Below, piece after piece: positions 24,797-39,346 of a stretch of 64,000 bases of DNA (its first letter is position 1; the number at the start of each line of letters is the position of its first letter). The translations under genes were made by a program, and so were the position numbers. Below the pieces are notes generated by a model that made no database searches, was not told the DNA's origin, and saw nothing but the letters and a program-made list of their open reading frames with translations. This stretch comes from an uncultured Bacilli bacterium (GTDB lineage Bacteria > Bacillota_I > Bacilli_A > RF39 > UBA660). Location: contig CANRDB010000001.1 of NCBI GenBank assembly GCA_947629315.1, forward strand, positions 4,829-68,828, in the 5' to 3' direction.

Positions 24797-24983
24797 TTTG
24801 AGAAAGAATTTCTTGTTCTAATACCGCCAACAACTGACGATTAAAAGTTTCTTTCCTTTGTTCCATAGACTTTTCCTCATCATGGAATACATTGATTATT
24901 TCAATATTATATTTCATATTTTCACCATTACAAAATATGAAAAAAAGCGAAGATTTATATCTCCACTTCTTTCTCCTGCAAAA

Positions 24984-26012
24984 TCATTTTCGCTGTTGGC
25001 TAATATCTAATACCCATAAAATATTCGATGGTAGAATACTTCCACAATACGAGCATATCTTATCAAAGAGTCCCACATTGGCGCCACAATTGTGACATTT
25101 TTTCACACTATTCATCGTAAACTTCGGATAATAATTTTGATTACGAATCAAGGTTACTGTTTCTTTTCCCTGCACTTTTTTGATGCGACCATTGCGTTCA
25201 AAATACTTTCGAATAATAAAAGTAATTCGAATGGCAGGAATATTCCCCTTCTTGATAACTTTATAAGTATCATACTCTAAAATTTCAAAATCTACTAAAT
25301 CTTGATATTGAGGAAAAATTTTCTCATCATAGTAATGCACCAACAATTGGTAATTTAAATCTTGAATAATCTTTTGATTACTCATCCGAACTTTATCAAT
25401 CATAATTCTATCATTCCTTAAGTCACGATAGGTAATCACTTTTACCAAAAGATAAGGAATCAAAAGAAAAGTATACAATAGATGAAGAGTAAATAGCATA
25501 ACAGGTAGTGTCACGAACATCAACATAACGGCAATAAACCAAGGATACTCTCCTGACTGTAAAGTTCCCATAAACGATATACCTGTCAAAATCATGCAAG
25601 TGCTTCCCAAAAAGATTTTATACTTTTTCATAGAAAAAATCTGTTTAAAGGATTGTGTCAAATTTTTTTGATGAACTCCCTGTTCTAAATAAAAAGAAGC
25701 TCCACAATAAGGGCAACCATCGTAAAACTCTTTTTCAGTAGCATGATATCCACATTCAGAACAAGTAAATTCATTATCCCCTCTAGATAATGTCATTGTA
25801 TAAGTTATGTTATCATCAAATTTCTTTTCACGATAAAGACGTTTTCCACCTTGATAATAATTTTTCTCTATCTTATTAGCTTTATAAACAGAATCGTTTC
25901 GGTTTCCATTTAAAGTACGAACAAATAACTGATCTTTATGTCGAAAAATCTCCTCTACTACAAGATTCTTTTTAGCAAGTCTTTGTAAATGCATTTGTAA
26001 AGGACTTGGCAT
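24984..26012 (-). CDS. Hypothetical membrane protein with two CxxC...CxxC zinc-ribbon motifs (cargo of E_b)
   Basis: 342 aa. Motifs CSECGYHATEKEFYDGCPYCGASF and CHNCGANVGLFDKICSYCGS, with 2 TM helices in the middle. Confidence 0.5.
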   Translation of the reverse strand: MPSPLQMHLQRLAKKNLVVEEIFRHKDQLFVRTLNGNRNDSVYKANKIEKNYYQGGKRLYREKKFDDNITYTMTLSRGDNEFTCSECGYHATEKEFYDGCPYCGASFYLEQGVHQKNLTQSFKQIFSMKKYKIFLGSTCMILTGISFMGTLQSGEYPWFIAVMLMFVTLPVMLFTLHLLYTFLLIPYLLVKVITYRDLRNDRIMIDKVRMSNQKIIQDLNYQLLVHYYDEKIFPQYQDLVDFEILEYDTYKVIKKGNIPAIRITFIIRKYFERNGRIKKVQGKETVTLIRNQNYYPKFTMNSVKKCHNCGANVGLFDKICSYCGSILPSNILWVLDISQQRK

Positions 26013-26083
26013 ACTATCACACTCCTACTATTCTCATTATAACAAAAAAAGTCCTCATCACAACTATTTTTTTCTATTTTGAC

Positions 26084-26158
26084 AATGAACTATGGAGCAA
26101 CTGGTCCAGTAGGTCCTACTGGAGACGTTGGCCCTACGGGTCCTACTGCACTCACTTA
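26084..26158 (+). other. Collagen-like gene fragment C3 (24 codons)
   Basis: [24 protein letters not shown]. The gga gca act g|gt junction motif sits at 26093-26104, and a second junction cct act g|ca is at 26141-26149. Confidence 0.55.
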
Positions 26159-26256
26159 AAAGTGGCACTTTTGCCAAAAATTAGAACGAAAATAAGCACT
26201 TTACATTTCATTTGAAATATTATATAATACAAGTAACTAGAAAGAAGGGATTATAA

Positions 26257-27651
26257 ATGAAAAAAGTAGTAGGAACAGTAATGAAAGGGATGCTTGTTAC
26301 TTCAGGAGTTGTCACTGCTGTTGGTTGTACATTAGCTATCAGTAATCATTTGTTGAAATCAGATGATCTTGTTCTATCCAATCACAATGGTAGCGAAGTA
26401 AAACAAGCAAATGTTTTAGCGGTCGCTCAAAATCAAGTAAAGGAAGCGGAAGTTCAAGAGGCAAAAGCCAACCAAGAATTGACAAAAGCAACAAATGAAA
26501 AAGCAGAGGCAGAAAAAGAAGTTCAAAAAGCGAAAGAAACTGTGAAAGAGGTTCAAAAGGAAAAAAGCAAAGCCGAAGCACAATTAAAAGAAGCCAAAAC
26601 AGAAGAAGAAAGAAAACAGGTAGAAGATCAAATTAAAGTTTTAGAAGAAAAAGTGAAAGAAGCTGAAAATAATCAAAAAGCAGCAGAATCAAAAGTACAA
26701 GAAGCAGAGACTAAGGTTCAAGAGGCTGAAGTGAAAGTTCAAGAGGCTGAAGCCAAGGTTCAAGAAGCTGAGGCTAAAGTTCAAGAAGTACAAGAGACAG
26801 AAATGAAGAAACAAGAAGTAGAAAAACAAGTTCAAGAAGTTCTTCCAGCAAATCCTTCAAAAGAAGAAACTCAAACTACTGTCAAAGAAGAAAACACTAC
26901 CAAACCAGTTGAAAATAATCAACAAGTAACGACTCAAGAAACAAAGCAACCAGAGACAAAACAAACTGAAACGAAACAACCAGAGACAAAGCAAGTTGAA
27001 ACAAAACAGACTGAAACGAAAAAAGAAGAATCTTCAACAAACAATAATTCTTCTAATAATAGTTCTTCTAGATTAACGCAAGAGGCTTTAGAGGCTGCAG
27101 CGAGAGCAGAACAAAAATGGAATGAGGAATATCAAAAATTCCTTGCTGATCAAAAAGCAGAAGCAGATGCTAAAAAGCAAGCAAGAGATGAGGAAGCTAA
27201 AAAAGCAGAAGAGGCTGCTGAAAAAGAATTGGAAGAAAGAAGACAAAGAGAATCAACAGACAGTTTAAAGAACTTTGGTTCAGCGACTACTGATACCGTA
27301 TTTGGAGATAGAACTTTTACATTTGCTCAAAAGAATGTAGATTTACCATTTAATCCAGATATCAAAGAAAATCCAAAGAAAGTGACTTGTACAGGAGACC
27401 ATTGCGGAAAGAATGAACAAGGTTACATTTGGTTTGCTAGATTTAATAACAATTTAAATCTTGATATCTTTAAAGAACCTGGTAGTGATCGTTATGTAAG
27501 TAGTGTTCTTATTGGAAAACGTGGCGATGTAGAATATTGGACGCAATATGCACCAAGTGTTGTAAACGGTCATCAATTTGTAGAGTGGAAAGTAACAGAT
27601 ACTACTGAATATGGTATGAAAATTAAAGTTTATACTGCCATTTATAAGTAA
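26257..27651 (+). CDS. Surface-exposed coiled-coil (lipo)protein with KVQEAE repeats and a Cys-containing C-terminal domain (cargo of E_c)
   Basis: 464 aa. Signal peptide with lipobox-like TAVGC, tandem repeats AESKVQEAETKVQEAEVKVQEAEAKVQEAEAKVQE, and a PETKQ repeat region. A TTTACA-17-TATAAT promoter lies upstream inside the element. Confidence 0.6.
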   Translation: MKKVVGTVMKGMLVTSGVVTAVGCTLAISNHLLKSDDLVLSNHNGSEVKQANVLAVAQNQVKEAEVQEAKANQELTKATNEKAEAEKEVQKAKETVKEVQKEKSKAEAQLKEAKTEEERKQVEDQIKVLEEKVKEAENNQKAAESKVQEAETKVQEAEVKVQEAEAKVQEAEAKVQEVQETEMKKQEVEKQVQEVLPANPSKEETQTTVKEENTTKPVENNQQVTTQETKQPETKQTETKQPETKQVETKQTETKKEESSTNNNSSNNSSSRLTQEALEAAARAEQKWNEEYQKFLADQKAEADAKKQARDEEAKKAEEAAEKELEERRQRESTDSLKNFGSATTDTVFGDRTFTFAQKNVDLPFNPDIKENPKKVTCTGDHCGKNEQGYIWFARFNNNLNLDIFKEPGSDRYVSSVLIGKRGDVEYWTQYAPSVVNGHQFVEWKVTDTTEYGMKIKVYTAIYK

Positions 27652-27830
27652 TGAAAGAGCGAAACAATTCGCTCTTTTCTTTTGACCTATGATTAAAACT
27701 ATCCTTTTAGAATAATATACATTGAGGAGGTTTGATGATGAAAGTAATCAGTCATTTTAAAGATAATGGTGAAAATTTAACAAAAGTTATAGAAGAATTG
27801 TTAAAAAATATCATTCAAAAATAAAGGCAA

Positions 27831-30925
<3,095 letters not shown>

Positions 30926-30960
30926 ATTTCTCTTTTCTACTTTTTTCTTTTTTCATATCG

Positions 30961-31899
30961 TTATTGTATTAATGATGGAATACCTTGAACATCTACTTCC
31001 ATGCTATATCCATCGTCACCAATCGTAGCATCTGTAATAATCTTATCGATTATATCTACATAACTAGTTCCATAAGTATTATTAGCCGTCCGAATAACCA
31101 CACGAGCAGCTGTTACAGTATCTTTTTCTCTATAGGCATCTACTAAATTCATACCTTGCATATTATAACTAAACATCAAATACTGATTACCATTGACTGC
31201 TTGACGAGTAAGGGTTACATTTGTTGCCCCTGAACCTTCTATTTGTGCACGAAGTTCTTCATCACTATGACTACTAAGACTACTAAAACTTCCAGGAATC
31301 ATTTCAACTTGAGCAACCCATGTAGGATTATTCTCATCATCGGTAATTAATAGCCATTCTCCATCAACGGCTGTTGAATAATCTACTGGTACTTTATAAC
31401 TTACATTTCCTACTTTTACATTAAAGGTATTAGCAACTGGTGTAACAGATCCTCCACTAGAATTACTTCCCGTATTACTGTCGGAATTACTTCCTGAATT
31501 ACTAGTACTAACATCACACTTATCACCTTTACAACCGCCACCATTATTATCCTCTTTCTTATTAGAAACTAATAGAACTACTACAACGGCTACTGCAATC
31601 ACTACTACTGCTATCACGATAGCAATAATCATCTTATTATTTCCACCAGCCTTTGGTGGTACACTATTCATTGGTTGTTGCATCACTGGAGGAACTGGTG
31701 ATTGTGGTGCCCCAGGAACAGCTGGCATAACAGGTGTTACAGGGGATGCAGGTGCCCCTGGAGCGGCTTGTTCGATTGGTGCAACAGGTGTTGCAGGTGC
31801 TACTGGAGTTACAGGAGCAACAGGCGTTGCAGGTGCAGTTGGTGCTACTGGTGAAACAGGCTGAACTGCTGGTATTGAATTTGCATTATTTTCATTCAT
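30961..31899 (-). CDS. Membrane protein with proline-rich (PVAPV-repeat) cytoplasmic N-terminus, single TM and extracellular domain
   Basis: [35 protein letters not shown]...[20 protein letters not shown]..., with an N-terminal module paralogous to the 36709..38907 gene. Confidence 0.55.
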   Translation of the reverse strand: MNENNANSIPAVQPVSPVAPTAPATPVAPVTPVAPATPVAPIEQAAPGAPASPVTPVMPAVPGAPQSPVPPVMQQPMNSVPPKAGGNNKMIIAIVIAVVVIAVAVVVVLLVSNKKEDNNGGGCKGDKCDVSTSNSGSNSDSNTGSNSSGGSVTPVANTFNVKVGNVSYKVPVDYSTAVDGEWLLITDDENNPTWVAQVEMIPGSFSSLSSHSDEELRAQIEGSGATNVTLTRQAVNGNQYLMFSYNMQGMNLVDAYREKDTVTAARVVIRTANNTYGTSYVDIIDKIITDATIGDDGYSMEVDVQGIPSLIQ

Positions 31900-32152
31900 T
31901 TTTATTTCCTCTTTCCTTCTTCTTTATACTCAACACATTCATTGAGTCTATAAATGTTTCTTCAAACGATGAATTTTTGAGTAAAACAATGTTGTTTTCT
32001 GACTGCCGCTTTCCTTCTTAGTTCCTCCTTACTAACTCGTATTCCATTCCAAACTACTAAGAAAGTTACAGCAATCTATCTTCTACCTACTCTATAATGA
32101 TAATACCCCTTTTTAAAGGAATAGTCAAGTATAAAGTTACTTCTTTTATAGG

Positions 32153-33802
32153 TTATTCATATGGATAAGTAGACGAACTCACATTTGCCACTTCTTGAAT
32201 CATATCATCTGTAATCGAAGAATCTGTAGCTTCTAAAGAAATTTTCATAAGAGTAAATTCTGAAAATGTATAAAGCATCACTTTTTCAATGACACGATTC
32301 TTACCATCGTGATAAAATCCCTTATAAATATAATACTCACGACCATTCATTTTCTTTTTTTTAGAAAAAGTAAGCAATTGATAGGTGCCGTATCTAGAAT
32401 TATAATCTTTTATCGTTTTATTTAAAATATCGATGTGAGAAGTAATGATTTGTTCCGCATCAGTATAAACATTATCCAACTGGTAATCTAACATATATTT
32501 ATAGTAAGAACTTAAGAATTCGTAAGTATAATCCATATAGTAAGATCTACTACCAAATATATCAGTAGAATATAAATAATTCGTAATCTCTAGCCAATGA
32601 TTTGGTAATTGGATAGTCCATTGTTCTGCAAGATGTTCGGACTGATTGACAATCCTTTTTAGATTAGAGTATAGATTATCTCCCCTCATCTCTGTATTCG
32701 TATAAAAACCTACTTCTTTAGCAGAAGTTACACGGATATGATTGACCAATTCAGCAGGTACACTATCGCTATCAATGGTGATTCTCAAAGTACAGTTTTT
32801 CGCAATCTCAAAAAGCATTGTAACTTCTTCTGTTTCAAAAGGATTTATATAGGATTCACTACTTGAGAAAGTATAGGTTTCTCGAAAAATATAAAGTGGA
32901 TAGGCGCTGTCTTCTACTTTTTCAAGAGTAGTTTGATAGTTTTGATACATTTGAGAGTTCTGTCTTTTAAACTGGGAATCTGCATACATATCATCCAAAA
33001 CAGTATAGATTGGATATAAACTGGTCATAAAACTAACTTCAAAATTTAATACTGTATCCTCATGTTCATACCGATATCGATAATGAGAGACATTTGACTC
33101 AAAACGAGTTAATTCTAAAACATCCGGTATTTCGTATTCAATTCTATAGTTTACACTAGCGAGTTCCCCTTTTTTGGTTTTGAGAAATTGGTTATTTAAA
33201 TCTTTATCTTGATTCCAGCCAATACTAGAAAGTTCCATTGGGTACTGATAATTTTGCTGCTCCTGTTGAGGATGAACTAGTGAGAAATCTTCTAACATGT
33301 ATTCAAAACTATCCAATAAAATATCAAACTGTTGATGAGGTGCCTGATAACTCCACATCACGATTCCCTCATCTATTTTGGTAAAAATAAATAAAATCTG
33401 ATTCTCTGCCGATTCATAGAGAACCTGATATCCTGGATATTGGCGTTTAGAAATTGTAATATCTTCTTCAGCAATTAATTCATAACCTTCATTTTGTTTA
33501 CTAAATTCATATAGTAATGTTCCTTTTAAATTTTCCAATGTTGTATAATCCGTTTCTTCTAGAGGAAGATACTGTAAAGAAACAGAACTCTCATCATGAC
33601 TTAAAACCGTCTGATATTCCTGTTCTTCTTGTACTTTCCATGTAGTATCATAATGGAATGTATAATAGTCATTCTCATATACTCTCGTTTGAATACGACT
33701 TGGATTCCATACTATATAGGCAATTACACAAGAGATTCCTAATGTCATCGTTACAAAGAAAGCAATCACTACTAATTGATATTTCTTCCACCAGTTTTTC
33801 AT
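32153..33802 (-). CDS. Hypothetical N-terminally membrane-anchored extracellular protein
   Basis: 549 aa with a single N-terminal TM (LVVIAFFVTMTLGISCVIAYIVW). Overlaps the upstream gene by 4 nt, suggesting an operon. Confidence 0.45.
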   Translation of the reverse strand: MKNWWKKYQLVVIAFFVTMTLGISCVIAYIVWNPSRIQTRVYENDYYTFHYDTTWKVQEEQEYQTVLSHDESSVSLQYLPLEETDYTTLENLKGTLLYEFSKQNEGYELIAEEDITISKRQYPGYQVLYESAENQILFIFTKIDEGIVMWSYQAPHQQFDILLDSFEYMLEDFSLVHPQQEQQNYQYPMELSSIGWNQDKDLNNQFLKTKKGELASVNYRIEYEIPDVLELTRFESNVSHYRYRYEHEDTVLNFEVSFMTSLYPIYTVLDDMYADSQFKRQNSQMYQNYQTTLEKVEDSAYPLYIFRETYTFSSSESYINPFETEEVTMLFEIAKNCTLRITIDSDSVPAELVNHIRVTSAKEVGFYTNTEMRGDNLYSNLKRIVNQSEHLAEQWTIQLPNHWLEITNYLYSTDIFGSRSYYMDYTYEFLSSYYKYMLDYQLDNVYTDAEQIITSHIDILNKTIKDYNSRYGTYQLLTFSKKKKMNGREYYIYKGFYHDGKNRVIEKVMLYTFSEFTLMKISLEATDSSITDDMIQEVANVSSSTYPYE

Positions 33803-35496
33803 AATTTCACCATCACAATCAATAAGTATTGAAACTGCGACATGACTATGACTTTATATTTTTTATTTTCATACACATATCGATTATCTTCATTGGATAC
33901 TTCTTGATATCCATCCTCTAATAATTTTGCTTGAAAGGCCGATGCATATTGCATATTACTGACGTATTCTGGAGTTTCGTTTTTATAACGTAGACTGACA
34001 ACCCCGTCTTGATAACTTCCCTTGATTAGTTTTAATGGAATAGTCTTTTCAATATCACCAATGGCAGCATACTTCTTCCAAATTTTATCAGGAATCGTGT
34101 TCACTTCTTGTTCTTGAGTATCTTTTGTATACCGATAATATCGTTCTTTCAAATCATCAAAAGGAACAGACACAATGGTATCAAAATCTTTTTGCTTGAT
34201 GTTATCATATGCTTCTTCTATCAATTCTACAGGGAGAGAAAAAGAAACATTACTATCAATAGACACAGGAACATTCATTCCCACAACCGCACCATCTAAA
34301 TTGAATAATGGACTTCCCGCATCAGATGCTCTCATCGGAATGATAGTTCGTACATATCCTCTCATACGAAGGGCTATTCCAGACTGCAAACTAAATCCCA
34401 CACCAGTCTTGCTATTTACCGTAAAGATTGGATCTTCTAATTGGGCATTCGTAGGACTAATCGTGACTGGATTTCCTTTTTCCTCTTTTAATTTCAAAAG
34501 AGCGATATCCGTATTGGGATTGATGGTGATAATTCCATCCAAATCATAATAATTTCCTTGATAATCTCGGATAGCAATATACTGTGCATTCTCTAAGGAA
34601 CTTTTAATAAAACTCCAAGTTGTTATCAAAATTCCCTCTTTTAAAAAGAAACCATGAGCAGTTGTAATCAATTCATTGTTATAATAAGAATTCAGTAAAA
34701 CAACACTATCAATGGTACGAGTTAACAATTTTTGAAAAGTATTTTTAGAAACATGGTCTAATTGATCATAGTTGTAAATGGAAGAAAAGTTATCACTTCC
34801 CCGAAAAGAATCAATAATATTGGTAGTATTTTTACTTTCTAAAGTCTCTATATTTTGATAGTAGACATTGATACTAGATTCATCAAAAGCTTCCTCAAAT
34901 ATATAGAACAGTTTATACTCACCATCTATTTTTTGCCATTCATAGTAAAGAGTTATATCGACATTCATTTCCTCTTTGTATAAAGGATTATTCTCATCGA
35001 TATTCATCATGGAAACATTAGGCACAAGAATAGTAGATATAAAACTTTTATCATCCACTGCTGTCACATAAATCTCTCCCAAGATAGAGTAACGACAATC
35101 TCGCAAATTGATAGCTTGAAAGGTTTGACTTAAATTCGTATAAGTATAAGAATTGAGAAACTCATCATCATCAGATTGAACAGGTGTGGAATAACGAAAA
35201 TCCATAAAAGTATTATAACGTTGATAATACTCTAACGTCGTTTCCTCTTCTCCGTTCGCTAAAAACAATAATTCCGTAACCTGTTTACTTTTCTCTTTGA
35301 TTTCTTGTTCCACATCATTACTCTCTACCTGTATCTCTTTCGTTAATGTGTATTGGGAATCAAATTCTTTCATGAGGTCTTGCAATTGCTTAGTATTCGT
35401 TAAAATGGCTTTAGAGGAGTCAAAATGCAAAGTCATAGCATACAAAGTAGTTATACTCATGAGACAGAGCATTAGAAATATACTAACTTTCTTCAT
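33799..35496 (-). CDS. Secreted protein with trypsin-like (S1 family) serine protease domain
   Basis: Signal peptide, then ITTAHGF (His), DIALLKL (Asp) and ASDAGSPLFNLDGAVVGM (Ser), arranged like a chymotrypsin fold. Confidence 0.5.
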   Translation of the reverse strand: MKKVSIFLMLCLMSITTLYAMTLHFDSSKAILTNTKQLQDLMKEFDSQYTLTKEIQVESNDVEQEIKEKSKQVTELLFLANGEEETTLEYYQRYNTFMDFRYSTPVQSDDDEFLNSYTYTNLSQTFQAINLRDCRYSILGEIYVTAVDDKSFISTILVPNVSMMNIDENNPLYKEEMNVDITLYYEWQKIDGEYKLFYIFEEAFDESSINVYYQNIETLESKNTTNIIDSFRGSDNFSSIYNYDQLDHVSKNTFQKLLTRTIDSVVLLNSYYNNELITTAHGFFLKEGILITTWSFIKSSLENAQYIAIRDYQGNYYDLDGIITINPNTDIALLKLKEEKGNPVTISPTNAQLEDPIFTVNSKTGVGFSLQSGIALRMRGYVRTIIPMRASDAGSPLFNLDGAVVGMNVPVSIDSNVSFSLPVELIEEAYDNIKQKDFDTIVSVPFDDLKERYYRYTKDTQEQEVNTIPDKIWKKYAAIGDIEKTIPLKLIKGSYQDGVVSLRYKNETPEYVSNMQYASAFQAKLLEDGYQEVSNEDNRYVYENKKYKVIVMSQFQYLLIVMVKL

Positions 35497-36647
35497 GACA
35501 ATCTCTCCTTTAATACCGCCACGATATATTTACTCGCATCCTTAGCTTTATTTCCATTTAAATACGTATCGTGAAAAGCTTCAGCTATCGTCTCATCATA
35601 GATATATCGACCACTATTATCACGTGCTACCGCATAAGAAGATATGGTAGCTCTCCATTCATCTATGGATAACTTACTTTGAAAATCTTTTTGATAATTT
35701 TGATAGGCTTCTTCTACAATTCCCTGAGCATACTCACCAGACTTTGACTCCACTCCAATTTGTGATAACACACTATAGTTTTCAGAATCAATTAATAAAA
35801 TAGAAGTAATTCCATGGCTTTTTAAAAGAGCGATGAAAGACAAATAATGTCCCATCTCATGGGCAACTGGCGAATAAATCGTCGCATTGGGTGGAAAATG
35901 TCCAGCGTGAGAAGCATCTTCGGTTGCTACCTTTAATCTCGTAGGATTTAAAAAGTAAGAAGAACTTAAAAACATTTGGGTCTTAATTACCAATTGGTAT
36001 TGGGAAGATGAAATATTCGCAAAAGCAAAAATCGGTAAAAAAGAAGCAATGACACCACTACGAGACATACTCTCATTTTTAAGAGTTAAATTCGTTAGAT
36101 ATCCCCTTGTCGTAGGAAATTCTTCATATATCTTCTCAAATACTTTTCCCAGTTCTTCAGCAAACTCCACATCCATTTCACATAAATTAATAGCAGTAAT
36201 TCCATATTTCACCGTAAAAGTCTTCTCTAACTCTTGTATTTTTAAAGGACACTTCCTCTTTTGTAGTTTAGAATCCTCTTCAATCAATTGATAAGCTAAT
36301 TCTTTCGTATCTAGATGATCACATTTATAAGTATTATCAGAAACAACAGAAGAAACAGTTCCTCCTGGTTGCATAACCGTTCCCTCTTGTAATTCACAAA
36401 GATTATTGGTAAGTTGCATCGTAGCTACTTTCTCCTCTAAGTGATTCTTGCGAAAATAATAGGATGGCTCTTGATGGAACAAAAGATATCCTAACAACAA
36501 TAAACCACATAGACAAATACTCATCCCGGACCCAGCAAGAATCATTAGAACGTGATTTCTATTTTTCGTCTTTTTACTACTATAACCACAATTTGGACAG
36601 TACCGAAACCGAGTTTCTAATTCGTGATGGCAGTGGAAACACTTCAT
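35493..36647 (-). CDS. Zn-ribbon/TM-anchored putative zinc metalloprotease (HEMGH motif)
   Basis: MKCFHCHHELETRFRYCPNCGYS, one TM, and an extracellular domain with HEMGHYL. The longest ORF starts at 36680. Confidence 0.45.
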   Translation of the reverse strand: MKCFHCHHELETRFRYCPNCGYSSKKTKNRNHVLMILAGSGMSICLCGLLLLGYLLFHQEPSYYFRKNHLEEKVATMQLTNNLCELQEGTVMQPGGTVSSVVSDNTYKCDHLDTKELAYQLIEEDSKLQKRKCPLKIQELEKTFTVKYGITAINLCEMDVEFAEELGKVFEKIYEEFPTTRGYLTNLTLKNESMSRSGVIASFLPIFAFANISSSQYQLVIKTQMFLSSSYFLNPTRLKVATEDASHAGHFPPNATIYSPVAHEMGHYLSFIALLKSHGITSILLIDSENYSVLSQIGVESKSGEYAQGIVEEAYQNYQKDFQSKLSIDEWRATISSYAVARDNSGRYIYDETIAEAFHDTYLNGNKAKDASKYIVAVLKERLS

Positions 36648-36708
36648 ATCATAGCCTCCTATTCTCTTCCATTTTATCACAATTTTGACAAGAAAAAAAT
36701 AGGTTTCC

Positions 36709-38907
36709 CTATTTTATTTCAACCGGTTTTGTGTAAGTGATTTCATTAGAGATATCCCTTACTTCAAAAGCAAAATAGTATCCTTTTCCTTTTGGAACAT
36801 TTTGAAGTACTAATTGATAATCACTTGGTGTTGTTTGATAAGATTGAGCAGTAGCCGTACTTTCCCAATCTTTCGCAAAATATCCACTATTATCTAATAA
36901 CCGATACTTATTAGTTTCAAAGGTTAGTTCAGAATAATCCTCTAACTTCAAAATAGTCATTGATGGTAATAATTCTCTATCATCATCTGACTTTCCTACC
37001 ACATTGACAATAGAACCTTTGTTACTACTCGTTTCAATGGTAGCAACTGCTGAATGATTAATAGAATCTTTGACTACGATATTTGCATTATAAACATTCT
37101 TACTTTTCTGTTCCACAAAAATTGGTCTTTTCGTCTTATTCTTTGAATTAGAATACATCATAATCTTACCATCAAAATTAGCTTTCAATTTTCCATTGTT
37201 ATCTAATGTTGTATCATCACTTTGATAGATGAGAGAATAATCATTTCCATTCTTTTGAAAAATCATATAGGAAGCATTCGCAAAACTTTCTTTTTGAGAA
37301 GCACTAAGTTTCATAGAATAATCATTATTCGCTACACTAACAGTATTCTTTGATAAATCCATATTATAAGTAGAATTGGTCTTTCGATATAAATCAAATT
37401 GCTTTAAGAACGCGGTAAAGGTACTATCTTTTCTACTAGGAAGGTTAGAGAGTGCCTCTAAATTTCTATCAATAACTTCCCCACCATTATATGGGAAGAA
37501 AATAGATAATCCTTTTGAATCCTCCTCTAAGGCATAATTATATTTTACTGCCTCTTTAATAGCTGTAAGTACTTTATCGGCTTCAGTAGGCGCTAAAGCT
37601 TGTAACTGAAAGACAAGTGTATATAAATCAACACTATCGAAAGCAGGTTCAGTTGCTCCATACTGGAAGATATTCGCTCTCGTACGAGCAATGGTATAGT
37701 AATCTCGATTGACACTTAATTTATCGGCAAAAGCATCTAATGTCGTTTCAACTTCTTTAATTTTTGATAAATCCAAAATAGAATAAGTCGTTGGAGCATT
37801 CTGATAACGAGCATACATATCAATAGGAGTCGTATTGAGGTGATCAATGAATTTCTTTCCAAATTCATATCCCCTATCAGAAATCTCAATCTCCTCTAAA
37901 AACTTAAACTTATCAATAGTTGCTGCTGCCAAAGATACCTCTTCAGAGGCTACCATATAATTAGCATAATCATCCATGACACTAGCAACTTCTAGTCCTC
38001 CTAATAAACAATTAATAAATAAAACGGAATCTAATTTTTCTTTACTAAATGGACTACCTTTTAAAGCCTCTTCCAATTCTGCTAACGAAATATTGTCGCC
38101 ATAGATTTTATCAGACTCCAACCCTTGAATTCCAGAACCATGATCCCAGAAAATCAAATCATAGTACTCTGCTGGATATTCGGTATAAGTTTGTGTTAAA
38201 AAGGTTTGAAGAGTTTGAGCAGCCCCCATATTTTTGACTTCTTGTTGTTTTACTTTTTGAAAACCACTTGGTGTCAATCGATAAACAGAACTTTCGTCCG
38301 CTGCGATGTAATCATTTTTCCATGTTTTAGATCCACCTGCCATTAAAATAATGTTATTATTCTCTAAATCAATATTTTCTGGTTTAATATAACCCAACTC
38401 ATTACTAGCATATCCACCAGAATGTTCAAGATCAGATCCTACCATATAAATTAAAATCGTACGATTTACTTTCTCTGCTTGTGGTTCAACAGTAGGCTCC
38501 TCTTTATCTTTTTCAGGAGATTGATTCATCCATAGAGCAACTACTACCATAGCAATGGCTGCTACGACTGCCACAACAATAATCACTAACCATAACTTGT
38601 TATTTTTCTTTGGTGGCACTGTATTCTGCGTTGGTATGGCCCCCATATTCGCTACTGGTGGTGTCGGTATCACTGGGGATGGTGTTTGCGGTTGAGCGGG
38701 CGCCACTGAAGGAACTGGGGATGGTGCTACTCCAGGGGCAGTTGGCATAACAGGTGTTCCCGTTGCAACTGGTGCTACTGGAGAAACTGGTTCAATTGGT
38801 GCAACAGGCACAGGTGCCACTGGAGTTGGCGTTTGTGGTTGCGTGGGTGCCATTGGTACTACTGGTGGAGTAGTACTTTCCATATTGGAATTATTATTTT
38901 CATTCAT
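36709..38907 (-). CDS. Clostripain-like (peptidase C11 family) cysteine protease with proline-rich N-terminal cytoplasmic tail and TM anchor
   Basis: MNENNNSNMESTTPPVVPMAPTQPQTPTPVAPVPVAP..., a TM, then ILIYMVGSDLE...LIFWDHGSG (His)...FINCLLGG (Cys), the typical C11 catalytic dyad context. Confidence 0.55.
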   Translation of the reverse strand: MNENNNSNMESTTPPVVPMAPTQPQTPTPVAPVPVAPIEPVSPVAPVATGTPVMPTAPGVAPSPVPSVAPAQPQTPSPVIPTPPVANMGAIPTQNTVPPKKNNKLWLVIIVVAVVAAIAMVVVALWMNQSPEKDKEEPTVEPQAEKVNRTILIYMVGSDLEHSGGYASNELGYIKPENIDLENNNIILMAGGSKTWKNDYIAADESSVYRLTPSGFQKVKQQEVKNMGAAQTLQTFLTQTYTEYPAEYYDLIFWDHGSGIQGLESDKIYGDNISLAELEEALKGSPFSKEKLDSVLFINCLLGGLEVASVMDDYANYMVASEEVSLAAATIDKFKFLEEIEISDRGYEFGKKFIDHLNTTPIDMYARYQNAPTTYSILDLSKIKEVETTLDAFADKLSVNRDYYTIARTRANIFQYGATEPAFDSVDLYTLVFQLQALAPTEADKVLTAIKEAVKYNYALEEDSKGLSIFFPYNGGEVIDRNLEALSNLPSRKDSTFTAFLKQFDLYRKTNSTYNMDLSKNTVSVANNDYSMKLSASQKESFANASYMIFQKNGNDYSLIYQSDDTTLDNNGKLKANFDGKIMMYSNSKNKTKRPIFVEQKSKNVYNANIVVKDSINHSAVATIETSSNKGSIVNVVGKSDDDRELLPSMTILKLEDYSELTFETNKYRLLDNSGYFAKDWESTATAQSYQTTPSDYQLVLQNVPKGKGYYFAFEVRDISNEITYTKPVEIK

Positions 38908-38926
38908 TTTTTTTACTCCTTACTTT

Positions 38927-39346
38927 TTATTGGCAAGTATAACCTTGCTCCTCTAAGTTTTTTTGATAATTGTCATAGGTTAGTCGTGAGAGTTGTAAAT
39001 CAGACATTGTTTCCTCACTCATCTTTTCAATATCATAGGTCACAACCATCGAATAACTCTTCCCATCGACTGTTGTTTTAAAAGTTACTCCTTTTTTATC
39101 GCCGTATTGTTGTTGTAACAATTTTTCTGACAGTTTTTGAGAAGACTGGGCCAACTCTTCACTTTCATAGGTTTGCGAATAAGTCGTTCTCACCTTGACC
39201 ATGACATCGTCTTTATAATCAACTTTATATTTTAAAACCGTACCGTCCTTTTCTACTGATTCACATTCCAATGTTTTATTATTTCCACAACCAGTTGTCA
39301 AAATAATAACACTTAAAATGATAAAACAAAGGATTGTCTCTCTCAT
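38927..39346 (-). CDS. Small lipoprotein
   Basis: MRETILCFIILSVIILTTGCGNN with a lipobox. AGGAGG ribosome-binding site 7 nt upstream of this start. The longest ORF extends to 39400. Confidence 0.6.
   Translation of the reverse strand: MRETILCFIILSVIILTTGCGNNKTLECESVEKDGTVLKYKVDYKDDVMVKVRTTYSQTYESEELAQSSQKLSEKLLQQQYGDKKGVTFKTTVDGKSYSMVVTYDIEKMSEETMSDLQLSRLTYDNYQKNLEEQGYTCQ

Noticed and set aside
26339-26581. Minus-strand 80-aa Leu/Pro-rich ORF
   Set aside because: Antisense of the Glu/Lys-rich coiled-coil region of the surface protein gene 26257..27651.
31734-32021. Plus-strand ORF reading like a collagen/Leu-Gln repeat protein (similarly 38833..39081)
   Set aside because: Antisense of the proline-rich (PVAPV) N-terminal coding regions of the minus-strand genes 30961..31899 and 36709..38907.
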